A stretch of 64,000 nucleotides of DNA from the NCBI GenBank assembly GCA_037968555.1, contig JBBKVS010000299.1, positions 323 through 64,322 on the forward strand, read 5' to 3'. Shown here in pieces: positions 58,945-64,000 of this stretch. A model generated the notes under the pieces. That model saw only the letters and a list, made by a program, of their open reading frames with translations, searched no databases and had not been told where the DNA came from. Origin of the DNA: Lysobacterales bacterium (GTDB lineage Bacteria; Pseudomonadota; Gammaproteobacteria; Xanthomonadales; SZUA-36). Each line of letters starts with the position of its first letter. Within the stretch, counting starts at the first letter, position 1. The position numbers were made by a program, and so were the translations under genes.

Positions 58945-59802
58945 ATGAGCAATGACTTCTTGCAAAAATTCATCTTTGAGGATATTCCGGTCAAAGGCTG
59001 CCTGGTCAGGTTGGAAAAGAGCTGGCAGGAAGTCCAGTCGCGCGCGCGACCGGGAAATGACGCATTGGAAATGCTCGGGCATGCACTCTGCGCAGCCGCG
59101 ATACTCGGTAACTCAATTAAATTTGCCGGAACTGTGAGTCTGCAAGTCCAGTCTTCTGGGACATTGCGCTTTTTGCTGGGGCAATGCAGCAGTCAGCGCA
59201 ATGTACGAGGCATAGCGCGTAAAAATGCAGAGCAAGAGAAATTACTGCTTGATCCTGTGCTTTCCATCAACCTGGAACCAGAAGGCAGCGGAACGCCATA
59301 CCAGGGGATAGTTTCAATGGAAGAAGGCTCATTGGCCAAAGCGCTGGAGCTCTACTTCACCCAGTCAGAGCAGCTTGATACCCGGTTTTGGCTGGTGGCG
59401 AACCAGCATTCCTGCGCCGGTTTCATGTTGCAGCGCATGCCCGGTGAAGATCAGGAAGATGATGATTTTGACCGACTGGTACATCTGGCCTCGACTCTGT
59501 CAGATCAAGAACTGCTGAATACAGCGCCGGTGCGGTTGTTGCAACTGCTGTTCAATGAAGACACGGTGCGTTTGTTTGATGCTGATGTGTTGCAATTTGG
59601 CTGCAAGTGCTCGATCGAACGGGTGGCGGGTGTATTGCAATCTCTGGGACAAGGCGATATCGATTCCCTGCTTGAAGAGCGCGGTGTTGTTGAGGTCAAT
59701 TGCGAATATTGCGGTAAAGATTATCAATTTGACCGTGTTGATGTCGCCAGTCTGTTTGCAGACCCCTCGGTAAGGTTGGAAAGCCCGACCGGTGTACAGT
59801 AA
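58945..59802 (+). CDS. hslO: Redox-regulated chaperone Hsp33
   Basis: C-terminal zinc switch CKCS...CEYCG. 285 aa. Confidence 0.9.
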   Translation: MSNDFLQKFIFEDIPVKGCLVRLEKSWQEVQSRARPGNDALEMLGHALCAAAILGNSIKFAGTVSLQVQSSGTLRFLLGQCSSQRNVRGIARKNAEQEKLLLDPVLSINLEPEGSGTPYQGIVSMEEGSLAKALELYFTQSEQLDTRFWLVANQHSCAGFMLQRMPGEDQEDDDFDRLVHLASTLSDQELLNTAPVRLLQLLFNEDTVRLFDADVLQFGCKCSIERVAGVLQSLGQGDIDSLLEERGVVEVNCEYCGKDYQFDRVDVASLFADPSVRLESPTGVQ

Positions 59803-59834
59803 TTGGGTGGAAAGCAACGTAGCAGTGAATTGCC

Positions 59835-60707
59835 ATGCGGGATGAATGCGCAGAGTTAATCAGTCGAAATTATCCGGTCTTGCGAATCAGCCTGCCGTAT
59901 TGTGATCGGGCCCATGAATCGAAGCTGCAAGCCTTGTACGGTTTGCTCGCCACCATTGAAGAAAGCTTGTACCGCGCCAGCGACCCCGTTGTTTCAAACG
60001 CCAAACTGACTTGGTGGTTCGAGGAACTACAACAGGCAAGACGTGGCGATGGCAACCATCCTATTGCGCTCCAGTTACAATCCAGTGGTGTGTTCGCAGC
60101 ATGGCCTGAAGACCTGATTGAGCGATTATTTAGCTTGGCTATCAGGCGCACAGACCCGCCCGGCATCACTGATGAACACAGCTTGCTGGAATTTTGCGAA
60201 TCGATGGGTATGATTCAGCTGCAATTGGAGTCGGCATTACAGAATGGTTCTGTGCCTGATCGAAAAATGATTAGGTTATCGGCTTCCATCAACGGACTGA
60301 TGCAACTGTTTCGGGAGAGTTTCAAAGCCAGGCACGCTACTTACTATTGGGTGCCATTGGTCGAATGTGCACGCCTGGGTGCTGAACGACAAAAAATCGT
60401 TGAAGATCCTTCTGACATAAAAAGCCGCGAGGTATTTATTGGCATTATCGACGGCGTTCTGGATCACCAGGACAATGCGTTGAATTTTCCGCCTTGGCAG
60501 GAATTGCCTCGAGCCTGGGCCACCAGCAATCGGCACTGGCTGGTGTTCAGCCTGTTGCAGCAACGACAGTTGTTGCGTTTGCGTCGGGACCTGGCACAGC
60601 AAGGGCACTCTGGCGATAATGCAGCTCTGCTACGGCGAATCCGACTAAGCGATGGCTGGTACGCTTGGCGTGCGGCCAGACGGCTGAATGCGGTTGGAAC
60701 GGGCTGA
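59835..60707 (+). CDS. Squalene/phytoene synthase-like protein with degenerate Asp-rich motifs
   Basis: The isoprenoid synthase fold pattern (LQALYGLL..., LTWWFEEL, HPIALQL) is retained. The first motif reads TIEESLY rather than DDxxD, and the second reads RESFKA rather than RDxxED. Confidence 0.5.
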   Translation: MRDECAELISRNYPVLRISLPYCDRAHESKLQALYGLLATIEESLYRASDPVVSNAKLTWWFEELQQARRGDGNHPIALQLQSSGVFAAWPEDLIERLFSLAIRRTDPPGITDEHSLLEFCESMGMIQLQLESALQNGSVPDRKMIRLSASINGLMQLFRESFKARHATYYWVPLVECARLGAERQKIVEDPSDIKSREVFIGIIDGVLDHQDNALNFPPWQELPRAWATSNRHWLVFSLLQQRQLLRLRRDLAQQGHSGDNAALLRRIRLSDGWYAWRAARRLNAVGTG

Positions 60708-60712
60708 ACACC

Positions 60713-61099
60713 ATGATAGAGATACAAGGGTCATGTCACTGTGGCGCAGTTAAATTCGTGGTCCAGGCCGAGCCCAGGATAGTGGTGCAAAAATGTAATT
60801 GCAGCATTTGTTCAAGTTGCGGTTTCATACATTACATTGTGCCTGCCAGCCGTTTCCAGTTGAAAAGTGGAGCGGAAGTCCTGACCGAGTACCACTTCAA
60901 TACCGGGCTGGCGAAGCATCTGTTTTGCAGTATTTGCGGCGTGAAATCCTTTTACGTGCCAAGGTCAAATCCGGATGGCTACAGTGTCAATGTGAACTGC
61001 ATGATTTGGCCAGATTCCGTGGAAATTTTCGAGGAAAATTTTGATGGCCGTAACTGGGAAAAAAATGCTGCATCTTTAACTCATCTCAGTCACGACTGA
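60713..61099 (+). CDS. GFA family (glutathione-dependent formaldehyde-activating-like / CENP-V) zinc protein
   Basis: 128 aa with GSCHCGAVKF, CNCSIC and FCSICG cysteine motifs. Confidence 0.75.
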   Translation: MIEIQGSCHCGAVKFVVQAEPRIVVQKCNCSICSSCGFIHYIVPASRFQLKSGAEVLTEYHFNTGLAKHLFCSICGVKSFYVPRSNPDGYSVNVNCMIWPDSVEIFEENFDGRNWEKNAASLTHLSHD

Positions 61100-61118
61100 T
61101 TTTGAGTAATTACTGAAT

Positions 61119-61400
61119 TTAGCTGTCTTTAAGTACCTTTGGGCCAACACCTGCCGTCTTTTCATATACCCCTTTTTCGGCTTTCTCATAGCGGGTAAAG
61201 CCATGCTTCTCCAGATTACCTCGTTCCAAAGATGTATCGGCTCTACCCAAGTTGGGCGCTGAAATGACCCGACGAATTGATTGCTTGCAGTGAGGGCATG
61301 AATTTAAAGGTGGGTCAGACAGTTTCTGCAGCAGATCAAAGCCAGCCTCGCAAAAGCCGCAGCTTGAAACCTGTAAAGGTCGATATTCATAAATTGGCAT
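61119..61400 (-). CDS. FmdB-family zinc-ribbon protein
   Basis: MPIYEYR...CGFC...CPHC, the CxxC_CxxC_SSSS-type N-terminus. Confidence 0.8.
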   Translation of the reverse strand: MPIYEYRPLQVSSCGFCEAGFDLLQKLSDPPLNSCPHCKQSIRRVISAPNLGRADTSLERGNLEKHGFTRYEKAEKGVYEKTAGVGPKVLKDS

Positions 61401-61478
61401 GTTGAAGATTCCTACGTTCTATTTGAGGCTGTGCCTATTGCGCTGCAACAGCGGTGTCAGCAATAAAAACAATAAGCC

Positions 61479-61814
61479 TCATCCCAGTCCCGGCCAGAAT
61501 AACAGTTCGAATAACTCCCGGTAGAGTGGGGCCACACTTAAGTAATTAAAAGTGCTTCTTTCAATAACAGGTAGTGCAGACAATTTGTCCAATTGTGCGG
61601 ACAGAACATCACCGTCGGAAGATCCAAGAAGTCAGGCCCTCACAAACACGCTAACCACTTCGGCATAGAAAGCTGCGTCATGGCGGATTAGTCGACAGGG
61701 GACAACATCAAGTTGCTGGATGGACCGAGTCAATATCCAGAAGGAACAACCGGTATTCAAAATTTCCAGGGCAGTCTTCTTGGGTTTGTTGGGGTTTCGG
61801 TTGGATCGGAATTT
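61479..61814 (-). pseudogene. Possible gene remnant: 112-codon frame without ATG, interrupted by one in-frame TGA
   Basis: Between the stops at 61815-61817 and 61479-61481 the minus-strand frame is open except for TGA at 61632-61634. The translation is protein-like (...LIRHDAAFYAEVVSVFVRA*LLGSSDGDVLSAQLDKLSALPVIERSTFNYLSVAPLYRELFELLFWPG). I recognise no family. Confidence 0.25.
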
Positions 61815-61941
61815 TTATTCTTTCACGTCGCTCAATCTGAGTGGAGAATTCTGATTCGGGAATCGAGAGGTGTTTTGCATTCGCGCTGTTCCGACTGTCT
61901 CGATATCAGTAAACTGCCTGGTAGCAAAAGCAGGAATTTTA

Positions 61942-62655
61942 ATGACCCACGACAACATCAAAACTGTACTGGTCACGGGCGCGGCTGGCGGCCTGGGCTC
62001 TGCATTATGCAGGGCTGCGGCTGCTAATAACTGGCTAGTCGTCATGATTGACAAAGATAAACGAGCATTGGAAAGACGCTACGATGCAATTGTAAGCGCC
62101 GGGGGAGTAGAACCGTATCTGCACCCCATGGATTTGTCCGCGATTGGACCGGCGGACTGTGAGCAATTGGTCACCGCTCTTCAGCAACAATTCACAGGGC
62201 TCGATGCACTCGTTCATTGTGCCGTATCGTTTTCGGGGTTGCAGCCGCTGGATTTGATTGAACCACAGGATTGGCTGGAGCAAATACAAGTGAACGTCAA
62301 TGCACCTTGGTTGCTCAGCGTGAGACTGGTGCCGCTGTTGCGTTCACGTGATTCAGCCAGCTTAATATTTATGCTGGATGAGCAGGCAAAATCAAAAGCA
62401 TTGTGGGGTGCTTATGGTGTCAGTAAGGCGGCGGTCCAGGCATTGGCAGAACATTTTCGGGCGGAACTAATCAATACTTCAGTCCGTGTGCACGCAGTTG
62501 ATCCGGGGCCGATGCGTACCTCATTGCGCTCGGCTGTTTATCACTCTGAGAATCCAACAGATGTCGCATCGGCGGAAGTCAAAGCCGCTGGCATTCTTTC
62601 AATTCTGCAACAGGCTGATAAACAGAGAGAGCTTTTGGTTCGACTGGATCGCTAA
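61942..62655 (+). CDS. SDR family oxidoreductase (YciK-like)
   Basis: TGAAGGLG cofactor motif and catalytic YGVSKAA. ATG 61942 with an AGGA SD. Confidence 0.8.
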   Translation: MTHDNIKTVLVTGAAGGLGSALCRAAAANNWLVVMIDKDKRALERRYDAIVSAGGVEPYLHPMDLSAIGPADCEQLVTALQQQFTGLDALVHCAVSFSGLQPLDLIEPQDWLEQIQVNVNAPWLLSVRLVPLLRSRDSASLIFMLDEQAKSKALWGAYGVSKAAVQALAEHFRAELINTSVRVHAVDPGPMRTSLRSAVYHSENPTDVASAEVKAAGILSILQQADKQRELLVRLDR

Positions 62656-62695
62656 ATGTGCAAATTTGCCGAAGGCTAACACCAGTTGATGCAGT

Positions 62696-63526
62696 TCAAG
62701 TTGAGCGACCTAACTCCTTACCAATCAAGGCTTCCTTTAAGATTGCGCCCCAGCGGTAGCCGCCGATGTCACCGATTTTTCTAATCACCCGATGGCATGG
62801 AATGATCCAGGCAATGGGGTTGGAGCCGATGGCGCTGCCGGCTGCCCTGGAGGCATTTTCATGTCCAATGGAGGCAGCGATCTGGCTGTAGGTCGCGTGC
62901 GATCCTTCAGGAATGGTCAACAATGCTTGCCAGACTTTCAGCTGGAATGGACTGCCTCGTAGCCAAAGTCGGATGGGTTTTGAGCCGGAGCCATCGAAAA
63001 TTTCCCGAATAATTTGCTTGGCCATGACGGGGCACTCCGAGAGTTCAGCATCAAGCCATTGTTGGCGAAGTTCCTGTACAGCCTTTTCGGTGCCATATTC
63101 ATGACAAAAACCCAGAAAACTTATTCCCCTGGAATTCCAAGCCACCAATGCCAATCCGAATGGTGAGGGGCCAAAGCCGTATTCCATTTGCACTCCCTTA
63201 CCCTTCAGTTTGATTTCTCCGGGAGTCAGTGCGTCAGTTGTGATCAGTAAGTCATGCAACCGACCAGGGCTGGACAGCCCGACCGCGAAGGCGGCATCCA
63301 GACTGGAGGCACCATTAATTAAACGTTCAACAGCTGCTTCCCGGGTCATGGCCTGCAGAAACTGCTTAGGACTTAATCCTGCCCAATCCAGGAAGACACG
63401 TTGAATGTATGCTGGGCTGTACCCTGTTTTAGCCGCCAGTGCGCTCAAGTCGGGTTGTTGGCTGCGATTGTCTGCCAGCCACTCCAGTGAGGCATGCACA
63501 ATTTCAAATTGGTGATCTCTGCTCAT
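62696..63526 (-). CDS. AraC-type HTH / methylated-DNA-[protein]-cysteine S-methyltransferase fusion (Ada-like, without the N-terminal Zn methylphosphotriester domain)
   Basis: N-terminal AraC HTH (YSPAYIQRVF). C-terminal MGMT active site IIPCHRVI. Confidence 0.8.
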   Translation of the reverse strand: MSRDHQFEIVHASLEWLADNRSQQPDLSALAAKTGYSPAYIQRVFLDWAGLSPKQFLQAMTREAAVERLINGASSLDAAFAVGLSSPGRLHDLLITTDALTPGEIKLKGKGVQMEYGFGPSPFGLALVAWNSRGISFLGFCHEYGTEKAVQELRQQWLDAELSECPVMAKQIIREIFDGSGSKPIRLWLRGSPFQLKVWQALLTIPEGSHATYSQIAASIGHENASRAAGSAIGSNPIAWIIPCHRVIRKIGDIGGYRWGAILKEALIGKELGRST

Positions 63527-63554
63527 GTCGACATTCTAGCTATTGGCCAGGGTT

Positions 63555-63574
63555 TTGCGACCCGAATCTTGCGA
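63555..63574 (-). promoter_or_regulatory. Ada-box-like direct repeats upstream of the Ada-like gene
   Basis: On the gene strand the sequence reads CGCAAGATTCGGGTCGCAAAA, with TCGCAA repeated at 14-bp spacing. A TAGAAT hexamer ends 7 nt upstream of the ATG. Confidence 0.3.
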
Positions 63575-63686
63575 TTGGTTCAAAAGTAAACTTCCGCCTT
63601 GATTACGGCCCGTGCCGTTCAGAGCCCTTGAAAGTCGGTAAAATGCGGACTACCGACAACCTGCATCGGATCCGGGAGGAACTGCC

Positions 63687-64000
63687 ATGTCAAAAGATCT
63701 GTTTTTGAAGATTATCAATCGGGAAATTCCGGCTGATATTGTGTATGAAACCGAGGAGGTGCTGGCATTCAGGGATATAAACCCTCAAGCGCCGGTTCAT
63801 ATTCTTGTCATTCCAAAAGAACACATTGAAACTACTGACGACCTGACTGAAGCAAACGAAATTATTGCCGGCAAGATGGTGATCGCCGCGGTAAAAATTG
63901 CGAGAGAGGAGGGGCTATCAGAGGAAGGCTATCGGATGGTAATGAATTGCAAGAAACACGGAGGCCAAATGGTATTCCATATTCATTTGCATCTGTTGGG
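63687..64000 (+). CDS. HIT family (histidine triad) nucleotide-binding protein (3' end outside window)
   Basis: GGGAGGA SD then ATG 63687. FLKIINREIPADIVYE... and the histidine triad HIHLHLLG at the window edge. Confidence 0.88.
   Translation, partial: MSKDLFLKIINREIPADIVYETEEVLAFRDINPQAPVHILVIPKEHIETTDDLTEANEIIAGKMVIAAVKIAREEGLSEEGYRMVMNCKKHGGQMVFHIHLHLL

Noticed and set aside
1-64000. Search for CRISPR arrays, tRNA/rRNA/tmRNA genes, IS elements, integrases, prophage, toxin-antitoxin pairs or defence gene clusters
   Set aside because: I saw no regularly spaced direct repeats, no tRNA-like T-arm or acceptor structures in the intergenic gaps, and no transposase, integrase, recombinase or reverse-transcriptase-like ORFs. 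The window is essentially core housekeeping genome.

Overview
This 64-kb window looks like core chromosome from a gammaproteobacterium, roughly 50-55% GC by eye. The gene order is typical of the class: ftsE-ftsX-rpoH, yibN-secB-gpsA/trmL, gpmI-envC-ctpA, dxs-ispA-xseB, tilS-accA and mtaD-ubiG-HAD phosphatase. About 60 protein genes are tightly packed and many share overlapping stop and start codons.

Main blocks:
- Cell division and heat shock genes (ftsEX, rpoH).
- A fused aspartokinase/diaminopimelate decarboxylase.
- gcvP.
- A complete aa3-type cytochrome c oxidase structural and biogenesis cluster (coxBA, ctaG, coxC, DUF2909, SURF1, SCO-like, cox15, cyoE).
- putA.
- An orphan ExeA/GspA-GspB pair followed by a rhomboid protease.
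- A split B12-dependent class II ribonucleotide reductase (nrdJa/nrdJb) with tandem NrdR boxes.
- Two secreted M20 peptidases and deoA-cdd.
- An exported DUF1800/DUF1501 pair next to a truncated alcohol dehydrogenase.
- Isoprenoid, tRNA-modification and repair genes.

I found no rRNA, tRNA, CRISPR array, transposase, integrase or obvious prophage or defence island.

The items most worth a second look are:
1. A 468-nt hairpin-dense non-coding spacer that splits nrdJ while keeping both halves in frame.
2. The uncharacterised, translationally coupled Sec/Tat-exported DUF1800-DUF1501 module, which sits at a rearrangement breakpoint.
3. A FimX-like protein in which the REC, GGDEF and EAL domains all look catalytically degenerate.
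4. Several small regulatory oddities: a duplicated TATAAT unit upstream of accA, Ada-box-like repeats, and a gene remnant with an in-frame TGA.

All calls rest on reading the translated ORFs and the DNA by eye. No database search was run.
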